Below are positions 8,045 to 15,401 of a stretch of 64,000 nucleotides of DNA, one piece after another. The position numbers were made by a program, and so were the translations under genes. Source of the stretch: a virus. Taxonomy: Duplodnaviria > Heunggongvirae > Uroviricota > Caudoviricetes. Positions within the stretch are counted from its first letter, which is position 1; the number at the start of each line of letters is the position of its first letter. Location of the stretch: positions 10,951 through 74,950 of the IMG/VR virus record IMGVR_UViG_3300037455_000402, one strand, 5' to 3'. The notes under the pieces were generated by a model. The model worked only from the letters and a program-made list of their open reading frames with translations. It had not been told where the DNA came from and made no database searches.

Positions 8045-8118
8045 TTGGCAGGGGCTAAAGGAATCGAACCCTTATCTTGCGGGTTGGAGCCGCTTATAAT
8101 ACCATTATACGAAACCCC
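8045..8118 (-). tRNA. tRNA-Trp(CCA)
   Basis: A1-U72, discriminator G, anticodon loop CTCCAAC; CCA encoded. Confidence 0.75.
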
Positions 8119-8480
8119 TATTACTGAGGACTTATAATGCCTACTCATGTCCACCCGCCACAGCAGATGTCCTTCTTTCAGCGTTAAATCGCCCTCAACT
8201 TAAAGCTTTAAGTGAATGTTCCGCCGCCACCCGTCGACTGATGGCGTTGTCCTCTCTCTGGAAGTTTTCAGGTTACCACCCCACTACTCTTCGTTGTAAT
8301 GATACGGAAGGTCCAACCTCGCCATGGACCTACAGCTACTACCCTTTGTCTTCTACTAAGGTATAGTTAGTATTCAAGTTTTAGTACCAGAACTAACAAA
8401 GGTACACTTAAGCCCGAACTAAGTTTAACGTCTTGTCGGTAAGACCACAGGAAAGGGGATAGGGATATTCTGTGCTGTTT
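8119..8480 (-). ncRNA. ~360-nt non-coding spacer of unknown function
   Basis: no ORF; between tRNA-Trp and Ala-like pseudo-tRNA. Confidence 0.2.
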
Positions 8481-8552
8481 CTGAAGCTGAGGAGACTCGA
8501 ACTCCTAACCTACGGCTTCCCGCCGCTGCTCTCCCTATTGAGCTACAACCCC
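8481..8552 (-). pseudogene. tRNA-Ala-like pseudo-tRNA or tRNA-like element (no canonical anticodon loop, no CCA)
   Basis: 5' half GGGGTTGTAGCTCAATAGGGAGAGC nearly identical to tRNA-Ala at 3317-3395; G3:U70 kept; anticodon arm GCGGC-GGGAA-GCCGT has a 5-nt loop. Confidence 0.4.
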
Positions 8553-8580
8553 TAACAGGATGGAATCTTTCCCGAACCCT

Positions 8581-8657
8581 TGGTACCAGCGGTGGGACTC
8601 GAACCCGCAACCCCCTGCGTATGAAGCAGGTGCTCTCACCAATTGAGCTACGCTGGC
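8581..8657 (-). tRNA. tRNA-Met/Ile2(CAU), second
   Basis: anticodon stem CCTGC/GCAGG loop TTCATAC; CCA encoded. Confidence 0.65.
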
Positions 8658-8817
8658 ATATTCACAAGATACACTTAAAAAAACCACTCCGCTGTGTTTG
8701 TCTACTTCACTACTCGCCCATAATGGTGGGCGAGGATAGGATTTGCACCTACGAAGCCTTTCGGCGGCGGATTTACTTTGGGTTAAATTAACAATAGATT
8801 GCTGTATGTATCTTAAT
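8658..8817 (-). ncRNA. Y-RNA-like RNA with permuted tRNA-like domain (family member b)
   Basis: 5' AUUAAGAUACAU-ACAGCAAUCUAUU box; 3' GUGUAUCUU pairs with 5' end; internal order T-arm (GTAGGTGCAAATCCTAT) - acceptor 3' strand CTCGCCC-A-CCA - loop - acceptor 5' strand GGGCGAG - D-arm-like; U8 run. Confidence 0.5.
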
Positions 8818-8896
8818 TGGTGGACGATACGGGAATCGAACCCGTCTGATTTCCTGTTTGCAGGACAGGTGACCACCCCTTGCAGTCCCATCGCCC
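8818..8896 (-). tRNA. tRNA-Ala(UGC) variant with C33
   Basis: G3:U70; anticodon stem CCTGT/ACAGG loop CCTGCAA (C at position 33); CCA encoded. Confidence 0.55.
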
Positions 8897-9105
8897 ATTA
8901 ATTGAGGTAGTCGTACGCACTACTTTCATATTCCAGAAGCCGCTCAATCGGCTCGGTTAAGTCTGGCTTACGTGGACTTCCATTCACGCTACATAATTTC
9001 TCGAATCCAGTAGGGGAACGCCGCCGTTATGGTAGACGATTAATATACCTCGGCTCCTTACAGCCGCCGTGACCGACAGGTTTGTACGAACACCCTGCAA
9101 ACGAT

Positions 9106-9180
9106 TGGTACTCACGAGTGGGATTGAACCACCGACCTTTTCCACGTCAAGGAACTGCTCTCCCGCTGAGCTACGCGAGT
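9106..9180 (-). tRNA. tRNA-Val(GAC)
   Basis: A1-U72; anticodon loop TTGACGT; T-arm GGTGGTTCAATCCCACT; CCA encoded. Confidence 0.7.
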
Positions 9181-9327
9181 ATATAAAGAGTAAGTAGGTG
9201 CGGTGACATAAAGTTCTTCCGCAACACCCAAAAGCCAATGCTGACAGTCATACGACTTTCTTTCCAAAACCTCAATCTCATTGTCAGCGCTAACACCAAG
9301 ATATTTTGATTTTGCTACTTACTATAT

Positions 9328-9401
9328 TGGTTGCCGTTGAGAGATTCGAACTCCCGATTACTGGGTCAGAGCCAGCTGTGTTACCACTTCACTAAACGGC
9401 A
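9328..9401 (-). tRNA. tRNA-Gln(CUG)
   Basis: U1-A72; anticodon stem GCTGG/CCAGT loop CTCTGAC; CCA encoded. Confidence 0.75.
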
Positions 9402-9797
9402 ATAAATTAACAAAATTGACCAAGAAAAACTTCAACTGTTCATTTACTCTATGCCAGACACTCGGTAGTTGGTCTACATAGCCAACAGAACTCGCTAAAG
9501 CGTTCTTTCCACTTCCACTCCTCAAATCCGAGAAGAAGTTTCTCTTAGTTTCTTTCGGAGGTCTTGAGGGATGCTCTCAATTCCTCTTGGGAGGTTATAA
9601 CCAACAAGCTGACTGTTTCTCTTTACGTTGAGAGGTTATCTTACGCCGCCTAACGCTGCGGAGCGAAGCGAACAATGGCAAGGGACCTTCAGCATAGGGA
9701 GCAGTCCCCGCGGAGTGAACTTCGACGATTTTGTCGCTTGTAGATAAGCTGCATGAAAGTATACGCCGCCCTATTTCGCATCTGCCACCATTCAAAT
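9402..9797 (-). ncRNA. ~390-nt non-coding spacer (unknown structured RNA?)
   Basis: no ORF; GC-rich hairpins (GGGACTGCTCCC); between two tRNA-Gln genes. Confidence 0.2.
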
Positions 9798-9871
9798 TGG
9801 TTTCCGCTGAGAGACTCGAACTCCCATTCTTGGCTTCAGAGACCAGTGTCCTACCATTAGACGAAACGGAA
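9798..9871 (-). tRNA. tRNA-Gln(CUG), second copy
   Basis: U1-A72, D-arm TCGTCTAATGGTAGGAC, anticodon loop CTCTGAA; CCA encoded. Confidence 0.7.
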
Positions 9872-9877
9872 TTAAAT

Positions 9878-9966
9878 TGGTCGGCAGGGTAGGACTCGAA
9901 CCTACAAGACTCCTAAGAGCAACGGGGTTACAGCCCGCGACGCTACCAATTACGCTCTACCTGCCG
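9878..9966 (-). tRNA. tRNA-Tyr(GUA), second copy
   Basis: type II; anticodon stem GCGGG/CCCGT loop CTGTAAC; long variable arm; C1-G72; CCA encoded. Confidence 0.75.
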
Positions 9967-10190
9967 ATTAATAAGTGAGTAGCGGATAGTTACCTCACTT
10001 TCCAAGTTATGTACTTGGTCTAACACTCGCTTTACAGCTGATGGCGAATGTCTTGAGCAGCCGTGGCTCTCCGTAACAACTTAAAACTATTCGCAGACTC
10101 GAACTGCACCTTACTCCCTGAAGGAATTGAACCTTCTTACCTTGATAAATCAAGGTCACGACGTCACGTCTCTAATAGTTTAAGATTTAA

Positions 10191-10266
10191 TGGTGACGGC
10201 AACGGGATTCGAACCCGTATTTCTACCTTGAGAGGGTAACGACCTAAGCCATTAGTCGATGCCGCC
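10191..10266 (-). tRNA. tRNA-Glu(CUC)
   Basis: Glu-type D-arm TCGACTAATGGCTTAGGTC; anticodon loop CTCTCAA; CCA encoded. Confidence 0.7.
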
Positions 10267-10385
10267 ATTAATATCAAATATTCCTTTCGGCTACTCGACG
10301 CAAAGAGTGCCGAGGTGGACCGTTAACCCACATCCATCTCCGAAGGTGCTGACGGCGGAATATTTAATACTTTTCTCAACCTTTT

Positions 10386-10423
10386 CTATATATATTATAC
10401 TATAATTTTTAAGAAAAGTCAAG
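10386..10423 (-). promoter_or_regulatory. consensus promoter TTGACT-N17-TATAAT
   Basis: TTGACTTTTCTTAAAAATTATAGTATAAT. Confidence 0.7.
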
Positions 10424-10443
10424 ATTTTTTAATTTGAAATTTT

Positions 10444-10519
10444 TGGTCGGAGTGACAGGACTCGAACCTGCGGCATCATGGTCCCAAACCACGCATTCTA
10501 CCAACTGAATTACACCCCG
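10444..10519 (-). tRNA. tRNA-Pro(UGG), second copy
   Basis: C1-G72; anticodon stem CGTGG/CCATG loop TTTGGGA; CCA encoded. Confidence 0.7.
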
Positions 10520-10786
10520 ATTTATGGAAGCTTTCCCCGTAGGGAGGTTTACCAACCCCTTAGCTAAGTATTGCTTAACTGTCTTCACGCATACAGTCAT
10601 AGCTCTGTAAACTATCGCGGCTATGTTGCTCACATTTAATCGTTTTCTCATTGAAACGGAGTTGTCATACATAACAAAAACACTATCTGAAAGTCACCTG
10701 TTTTACCGACAGGTCGAGCAAGTTATCCAGTGCTTGCCACTGTGGAAGCTTTGCACGTATACCAGCAGGCTTACCAGCCGAAATGT

Positions 10787-11179
10787 TTATGCGAAGTAAA
10801 GTCCTTCAGACCAAGAAGGAAAATCAGGTTCAATTACCTGAGCCGCAGACTCTCCTGCCATTTTTCCGTCTTCCCACCAGTGCATCCACCAGTCCTTGCT
10901 GTCTTCACCCTCGCCCTCAAGAGCGAACTTGAACTCAGGGAATTTTGCAGCGAACGCAGTCATATCCTCATCGTGTTCATACCATTTCCAGTCAGAAGAG
11001 TATTCAACAAGACTGTTGAGAAGCTCTATATTACTATCAAGCTCATCTTCCTTGAAATAAGAGCCATTGAAGATACGAGCAAACTCAGTTGCAAGTTTCG
11101 GAAATGCAGAATGTTCTGCAGTTATAGGGTTATTCTCTTTATCGACGATTGTCATTTTGAAATTGGTTATGTATCCCAT
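10787..11179 (-). CDS. hypothetical Trp-rich acidic protein (130 aa)
   Basis: ORF track; AAGGAAGTTAAAAATATG RBS. Confidence 0.55.
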   Translation of the reverse strand: MGYITNFKMTIVDKENNPITAEHSAFPKLATEFARIFNGSYFKEDELDSNIELLNSLVEYSSDWKWYEHDEDMTAFAAKFPEFKFALEGEGEDSKDWWMHWWEDGKMAGESAAQVIEPDFPSWSEGLYFA

Positions 11180-11206
11180 ATTTTTAACTTCCTTTCTTCA
11201 CCTTTT

Positions 11207-11244
11207 CTATAATAATTATAACATAATTTTTTAGAAAAGTCAAG
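11207..11244 (-). promoter_or_regulatory. consensus promoter TTGACT-N17-TATAAT
   Basis: TTGACTTTTCTAAAAAATTATGTTATAAT. Confidence 0.7.
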
Positions 11245-11267
11245 TTTTATTTTTCATAAATTTTTAA

Positions 11268-11343
11268 TGGAGCTAACGGAGGGACTCGAACCCTCAGCCT
11301 ATTGATTACTAATCAATTGCACCACCGATTGTGCTACGTCAGC
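11268..11343 (-). tRNA. tRNA-Thr(AGU) (A34)
   Basis: G1-C72,C2-G71 Thr-like; anticodon stem ATTGA/TCAAT loop TTAGTAA gives A34-G35-U36; CCA encoded. Confidence 0.55.
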
Positions 11344-11345
11344 AT

Positions 11346-11420
11346 TGGCACCCTCGGAAAGAATCGAACTTTCATCTTGTGGTTCGTAGCCACATATCCT
11401 ATCCGTTGAACGACGAGGGT
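11346..11420 (-). tRNA. tRNA-Arg(ACG)
   Basis: anticodon stem TGTGG/CCACA loop CTACGAA; CCA encoded. Confidence 0.75.
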
Positions 11421-11635
11421 ATATAGGAATGAGAGTACGCGTCCTCTCTACGACAATCCTGTGCCGCCTTGTCTCTCCTCACGTGAAGACTTGGATACGG
11501 ACGCTCCTTACAGTTTAGGAGTAACTCAACGCAACTTATACGGCGTTTCGGCAGTAAGGCGTTTAACGAAAAAGCCTTATCCCAACGTCCCTTACTTTGA
11601 GGTCGAAGGGCTAACCTAAGGGGATTGAACCCTGT

Positions 11636-11725
11636 TGGAGGTGATGGTCGGATTCGAACCGACGAGAAGGGGATTGCCCTGTTCACGGAGTTGCAGTCCG
11701 CCGCCTTACCACTTGGCTACATCAC
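11636..11725 (-). tRNA. type-II tRNA with GCA (Cys) anticodon, irregular acceptor end
   Basis: 3-bp D-stem GCC/GGC (Ser/Leu-like), anticodon stem GCGGA/TCCGT loop CTGCAAC, ~21-nt variable arm, T-arm GTCGGTTCGAATCCGAC; 3' end CATCACU-CCA with G1-U72 and no clear discriminator. Confidence 0.45.
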
Positions 11726-11763
11726 CATTTGTGAGAGAGATTTTAAATGTCTCTCTCAACTTT

Positions 11764-11802
11764 TCTATATATATTATAGCATATTTTTTTTTAAATTGTA
11801 AA
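11764..11802 (-). promoter_or_regulatory. consensus promoter TTTACA-N18-TATAAT
   Basis: CTTTACAATTTAAAAAAAAATATGCTATAAT. Confidence 0.65.
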
Positions 11803-11813
11803 GATTTCTTTTT

Positions 11814-12347
11814 TTAGTAAGAATTATAAAATCGAAGTGTTATCTTCCAGTCTTCAAGATGAAGAAGAATATCGCAAAGCTCTTCACGGGAAAGACTACA
11901 ATCCCTATCCTCTACAATATTCTCAATAGCATCGCTGCAATTAATATATTGTATATAACAGCTTCTTGCAACAGAGTTCTTCTCATTAAGTATATCAGGA
12001 AGTCTTATGAAAAGATTATCCCAATTAGACATTCTTTGAAGCTGTCTAAGGACAATACTTCTGCCACACACTTCATTCCAGATACTATCTTCAAAGAAGA
12101 TATGATTGCGGTCCTTGCAAGCCTCAAGAAGACAGTCTATAACACGAGGAAGTACATCGGGAGTCGTTTCAATAAGAAAGTCGTCCTGTGTATCGAGAAT
12201 TTCGTCCTTATTTTTGCTTGCAACATTCATTATTTCAGAACGAAGCTCCCAAAACTTACGGAAGTAACCTATCTCAATGTCAAAGTCATCGACCTTATTA
12301 TCTTTTTCCCTGTGGAAATGAGCTTCTATGGAAAAATCAAGTCCCAT
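11814..12347 (-). CDS. hypothetical protein (177 aa)
   Basis: ORF track; start at MGLDFS with AAGGAGAG RBS; overlaps stop of upstream small ORF. Confidence 0.55.
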   Translation of the reverse strand: MGLDFSIEAHFHREKDNKVDDFDIEIGYFRKFWELRSEIMNVASKNKDEILDTQDDFLIETTPDVLPRVIDCLLEACKDRNHIFFEDSIWNEVCGRSIVLRQLQRMSNWDNLFIRLPDILNEKNSVARSCYIQYINCSDAIENIVEDRDCSLSREELCDILLHLEDWKITLRFYNSY

Positions 12348-12471
12348 CTTCGTCTCTCCTTTCCATATAATCATCGGCATCGCTCGCCGCCTTACAGAAA
12401 GTCAATGGAATTAATACGAGAATTGCATAGACTGTAAGTGCGCCCGTAAAGAGTAACATTGCTTTAATCAT
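12337..12471 (-). CDS. small hydrophobic membrane peptide (44 aa)
   Basis: MIKAMLLFTGALTVYAILVLIPLTFCK...; GGAGGCATAAGATG RBS; below ORF-track size cutoff. Confidence 0.4.
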   Translation of the reverse strand: MIKAMLLFTGALTVYAILVLIPLTFCKAASDADDYMERRDEDGT

Positions 12472-12472
12472 C

Positions 12473-12640
12473 TTATGCCTCCTTTACAACAGTTACGTTG
12501 TCAAGCTGTACGTTGTACTTAAGTGCGAAGGCTATTCTTGCTCTTTCAAGTTCGCCCTCATTCTTGACTGTTACGGTCTCAGTGTAGAAATCCTCTCCGC
12601 CAAGACCTTCTGCTGTAATTGCTTTTAAAGTAATGCTCAT
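12473..12640 (-). CDS. small hypothetical protein (55 aa)
   Basis: MSITLKAITAEGLGGEDFYTE...; GAAAGGAAGTAAAAGATATG RBS; downstream of promoter 12665-12702. Confidence 0.45.
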   Translation of the reverse strand: MSITLKAITAEGLGGEDFYTETVTVKNEGELERARIAFALKYNVQLDNVTVVKEA

Positions 12641-12664
12641 ATCTTTTACTTCCTTTCTGATTTT

Positions 12665-12702
12665 CTATATATATTATAACAAAAATTTCTTTAAAAGTAA
12701 AG
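12665..12702 (-). promoter_or_regulatory. consensus promoter TTTACT-N17-TATAAT
   Basis: CTTTACTTTTAAAGAAATTTTTGTTATAAT. Confidence 0.65.
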
Positions 12703-12770
12703 ATTTTATTTGCTATAAAATTAAGAAAAGGCGATAGCTTATGCAGCTACCGCCCTTATTTTACGTTTAA

Positions 12771-13265
12771 TTAGCCTTCTACCTTATTGACAATTTCACT
12801 ATCACAAAGCAAGTAACGGTCAGAGAGCTGTGCTATCTGGTTATACCAAACATCACCTGCATATGCCATTACCCTGTCATAAAGGTTTGTATAACAAGCT
12901 AAGTAAAAACCTACAAACTGTCTATATGCTTTACGATATGCTATCGCCTTAGCAAATTCAATATCATTAGCGTCGCCGACTCTAAGTACAGCTGTGCCGT
13001 GATATTCATAGTCAGTAGGGTCGTAAATATAAGAGTTTGAGCCGCTTATCTTCTCGGGACGGCACCAAGGTTCGTGCGCCCACTTAAACTGAGGAGTAGC
13101 TGCAATATTCATACCAATCATCTGTGCTGTACGCATAAGGATATAGTAAGGGTCTCTCGCTTCAAAGCCCTCAAAAGTAACAAAGCAGTGAACCTAACTT
13201 CCTGCATAACCATATCTAACGTCCTTAACACGAATCTTCACATTAGGACAAGAATACTGAATTTC
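12771..13265 (-). CDS. hypothetical protein, reading frame contains one in-frame TAG (codon 26)
   Basis: MNEIQYSCPNVKIRVKDVRYGYAGS-TAG-VHCFVTFEGFEARDPYYILMRTAQMIG...; strong GAGGAGG RBS only at the upstream ATG (13265). Confidence 0.5.
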
Positions 13266-13301
13266 GTTCATTTTTAAATCCTCCTCAGAATTGATTTTAT
13301 T

Positions 13302-13652
13302 TGGTGGAGATGACGGGAATCGGACCCGTGTCCAAACCTCTTAGTATCTATCGTCTACAAGTTTAGGATTCCCGAGCCTGTTCTCTTCTTGCCGCGCTCT
13401 TTCGGGACCACGAATGGCGGTAGCGTATTGGTCATTAATACGACTTACTGTCACCAAGCCAGTAAGAAGAATAAAGAATAAAATCGAAAGGGATGATAGA
13501 GTTCTTCTTTATTAGTAAACTACGATAACCCTTATGAGCTGCGATTAGGCAGCAAATGCAAAATCGTTTGCGTTTAAGTTTAAGTTGGCTATAAGGTTGC
13601 CGACCACTTGCAGATAGGGAACGCCAAAGCCTGTCGAAACCTAAACATCCCC
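13302..13652 (-). ncRNA. ssrA: tmRNA (SsrA), tag reading frame ...ANDFAFAA-stop
   Basis: 5' GGGGAUGUUUAGGUUUCGACAGG matches tmRNA 5' consensus; 3' GGACACGGGUCCGAUUCCCGUCAUCUCCACCA tRNA-like end; internal GCAAACGATTTTGCATTTGCTGCCTAA = ANDFAFAA*. Confidence 0.8.
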
Positions 13653-13748
13653 ATTTTAAATTCATAATTAATGTAGAGCAAGACAGATTAATTTACAAAA
13701 AATTCATAATGGCTTGTAATTTTTATAGATTGCTGTGTCTGTCTTTGT
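13653..13748 (-). ncRNA. minimal member (c) of the CAGCAAUCUAUA-box RNA family (terminal stem + hairpin, no tRNA-like domain)
   Basis: 5' AAAGACAGACACAGCAAUCUAUA, 3' CUGUCUUGC complementary; between suppressor tRNA and tmRNA. Confidence 0.35.
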
Positions 13749-13825
13749 TGGTTTCTCCGCTGCGATTCGAACGCAGGAATGGCAGTTTTAGAGACTGCTG
13801 TCTTGAGCCACTTGACGACGGAGAA
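13749..13825 (-). tRNA. amber suppressor tRNA(CUA), Gln-like
   Basis: U1-A72 acceptor TTCTCCG/CGGAGAA, D-arm TCGTCAAGTGGCTCAAGAC, anticodon stem GCAGT/ACTGC loop CTCTAAA (C34-U35-A36); CCA encoded. Confidence 0.75.
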
Positions 13826-13936
13826 TCAAAACACGATAGGTCTTTTGAGGACCGTCCTCGGTTTTAAGGCGGGAGTCGAACCCTACCCAGCAAAAATGGC
13901 TGCTTTAAATTGTATGGATTGCTGTAACTATCGTTA
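13826..13936 (-). ncRNA. CAGCAAUCCAUA-box RNA family member (d)
   Basis: 5' AAUAACGAUAG..CAGCAAUCCAUA, 3' CUAUCGUGU terminal stem; internal T-arm-like TAGGGTTCGACTCCCGC and hairpin GAGGACGGTCCTC. Confidence 0.35.
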
Positions 13937-14028
13937 TTGGCGCTGAAGTGAGGTGTCGAGCCCCATACCGCTCATCACGGTACCGCCCGTTTTCAAGACG
14001 GGGTTGCGAGCCGTCGCAATTACTCCAG
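13937..14028 (-). tRNA. tRNA-Ser(UGA)
   Basis: type II; anticodon stem CCCGT/ACGGG loop CTTGAAA; variable hairpin TACCGTGATGAGCGGTA; G73; atypical T-loop CTCGACA; CCA encoded. Confidence 0.65.
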
Positions 14029-14032
14029 CATT

Positions 14033-14126
14033 ATGGCGGCAGGGGAGGGATTCGAACCCTCGGACCACCTCATCGGCGGTCGGTTCCTTAGCAGGGAACT
14101 GGTTTCAGCCAACTCACCCACCCTGT
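14033..14126 (-). tRNA. tRNA-Ser(GCU)
   Basis: type II; anticodon stem GTTCC/GGAAC loop CTGCTAA; long variable arm; G73; A2-C71 mismatch; CCA encoded. Confidence 0.7.
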
Positions 14127-14269
14127 CATTACAAGACACCTTTTCGATAAAATCGTCGTTCTGCTAACTGAACTATCCCCCTATATAATTGGCAGGGGGA
14201 GACGGAATTGCACACGTCGTTTACGGCTTGGATTGCATATCATAATATAGATTGCTGATGTGTCTTAAT
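14127..14269 (-). ncRNA. Y-RNA-like RNA with permuted tRNA-like domain (family member e)
   Basis: 5' AUUAAGACACAU-CAGCAAUCUAUA; 3' GGUGUCUUGU pairs with 5'; T-arm-like GACGTGTGCAATTCCGTC - TCCCCCT-G-CCA - loop - AGGGGGA-TA-GTTC AGTTAGCA GAAC (D-arm). Confidence 0.5.
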
Positions 14270-14344
14270 TGGTTGCCGCGCAAGGAATCGAACCTTGGTA
14301 CGAAGGGTTAGAGCCTTCAGTCCTGCCACTTAGACGACGCGGCA
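14270..14344 (-). tRNA. amber suppressor tRNA(CUA), second, Gln-like
   Basis: U1-A72 TGCCGCG/CGCGGCA, D-arm TCGTCTAAGTGGCAGGAC, anticodon stem GAAGG/CCTTC loop CTCTAAC; CCA encoded. Confidence 0.75.
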
Positions 14345-14349
14345 ATATT

Positions 14350-14427
14350 TGGTGTGCCTGATGGGACTCGAACCCATGACCCCCTGCTTAAAAGGCAGGT
14401 GTTCTAAGCCGACTGAACTACAGGCAC
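14350..14427 (-). tRNA. tRNA-Lys(UUU)
   Basis: anticodon stem CCTGC/GCAGG loop CTTTTAA; acceptor GTGCCTG/CAGGCAC; CCA encoded. Confidence 0.75.
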
Positions 14428-14500
14428 ATTATTAAATATAAGGATGCCACCCTTACTGTTGGGTGTTCTACCCAGCTTTAATCACTTTCCTCTCAACTTT

Positions 14501-14538
14501 CTATAAATATTATATCATAAATTTTTATAAAAGTCAAG
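14501..14538 (-). promoter_or_regulatory. consensus promoter TTGACT-N17-TATAAT
   Basis: TTGACTTTTATAAAAATTTATGATATAAT. Confidence 0.7.
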
Positions 14539-14556
14539 TTTTTATGTGGTGGGACT

Positions 14557-14630
14557 ACCCAGATTCGAACTGAGATACGACGGTTATGAGCCGTCAGTCC
14601 TACCATTAGACGATAGTCCCATAACTACAA
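14557..14630 (-). tRNA. tRNA-Met/Ile2(CAU), third
   Basis: anticodon stem GACGG/CCGTC loop CTCATAA; acceptor GGGACTA/TAGTCCC; CCA encoded. Confidence 0.7.
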
Positions 14631-14976
14631 AAGGTAAGAGCCAAGCGCGACCGCACCGTACTACTTACACGCCCGAATCAAGTTCGACGTTGCCAACAGA
14701 ACTCTGCCCTACGCGCGAATAGCAGGCAGTTCTCTCCTACATCCACTCCTCGTAACAGCACTGGCATTTGGCTCTCGTTCCTTTTGCGGGTGACACCGTA
14801 ATCGTCACCTATCAACCGCATTACCTACTGCTTCCACGTCATCTACTATCGGACTCCACAATAAGCAGGTCAATATGCAAATAATTAGCTCCCCTTACGG
14901 CAGGTTTGCTCACTTTATCGTATGAGCTGCTAAGTTACGCCTTGTAGTTTCGTAAGCGCCTACTACACGCTACAAT
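14631..14976 (-). ncRNA. ~345-nt non-coding spacer (unknown)
   Basis: no ORF; no complete cloverleaf found by eye. Confidence 0.2.
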
Positions 14977-15052
14977 TGGTAGGGGATATGGGACTCGAAC
15001 CCATGACTTCTTGCTTGTAAGGCAAGCACTCTCGCCGCTGAGTTAATCCCCT
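14977..15052 (-). tRNA. tRNA-Val(UAC)
   Basis: A1-U72 AGGGGAT/ATCCCCT; anticodon stem CTTGC/GCAAG loop CTTACAA; CCA encoded. Confidence 0.75.
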
Positions 15053-15192
15053 ATAAAACAAGATACGTTGTTTGATTTATCGCGCGTCTGCTAATTCCGC
15101 CACTCCCCGATGATGGTCGAGGAGGTAGGATTTGCACCTACAATGTACGAGCTCCCTAAGCCTATCAGTTATAGATTGCTGCACGTATCTTA
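15053..15192 (-). ncRNA. Y-RNA-like RNA with permuted tRNA-like domain (family member f)
   Basis: 5' AUUUAAGAUACGUG-CAGCAAUCUAUA; 3' ACGUAUCU pairs with 5'; T-arm GTAGGTGCAAATCCTAC - CTCCTCG-A-CCA - UCAU - CGGGGAG - D-arm-like. Confidence 0.5.
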
Positions 15193-15318
15193 AATTGGTA
15201 CGGGTGGGTTCTATCAGCATCAAGTACTACCCGTTTAGCTTTCGCTATTTTCTTTTTCAGAAGAAAGAACTTAAAACCTGCATAGTTTCTCGTTTCTAAT
15301 TCCTAAGCTGAAACCCGT

Positions 15319-15401
15319 TGGTCGGAGATAAGGGACTCGAACCCTTACGAATTAACATATGCTCCTAAGGCATACGCGTCTACCAATTCCGCCAATCTCC
15401 G
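15319..15401 (-). tRNA. tRNA-Leu(UAG)
   Basis: Leu-type D-arm TGGCGGAATTGGTAGACGCG; anticodon stem TATGC/GCATA loop CTTAGGA; C1-G72; CCA encoded. Confidence 0.75.

Noticed and set aside
8658-8817. T-arm/acceptor-3'/CCA followed by acceptor-5'/D-arm looked like circularly permuted (split) tRNA genes needing a splicing endonuclease
   Set aside because: No anticodon arm can be assembled from the halves in most copies. All copies share a non-tRNA conserved box and a closing terminal stem. A Ro60 ortholog is encoded nearby. A Y-RNA/YrlA-like tRNA mimic explains all of these better, though a permuted-tRNA origin is not excluded.
11859-12437. Long plus-strand ORFs (11859-12437, 39592-40188, 42796-43446, 45191-45883, 34049-34486)
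   Set aside because: They are antisense to well-supported minus-strand genes (Ro60, PurA-like and others) and have no RBS or promoter. All supported transcription units in the window are on the minus strand.
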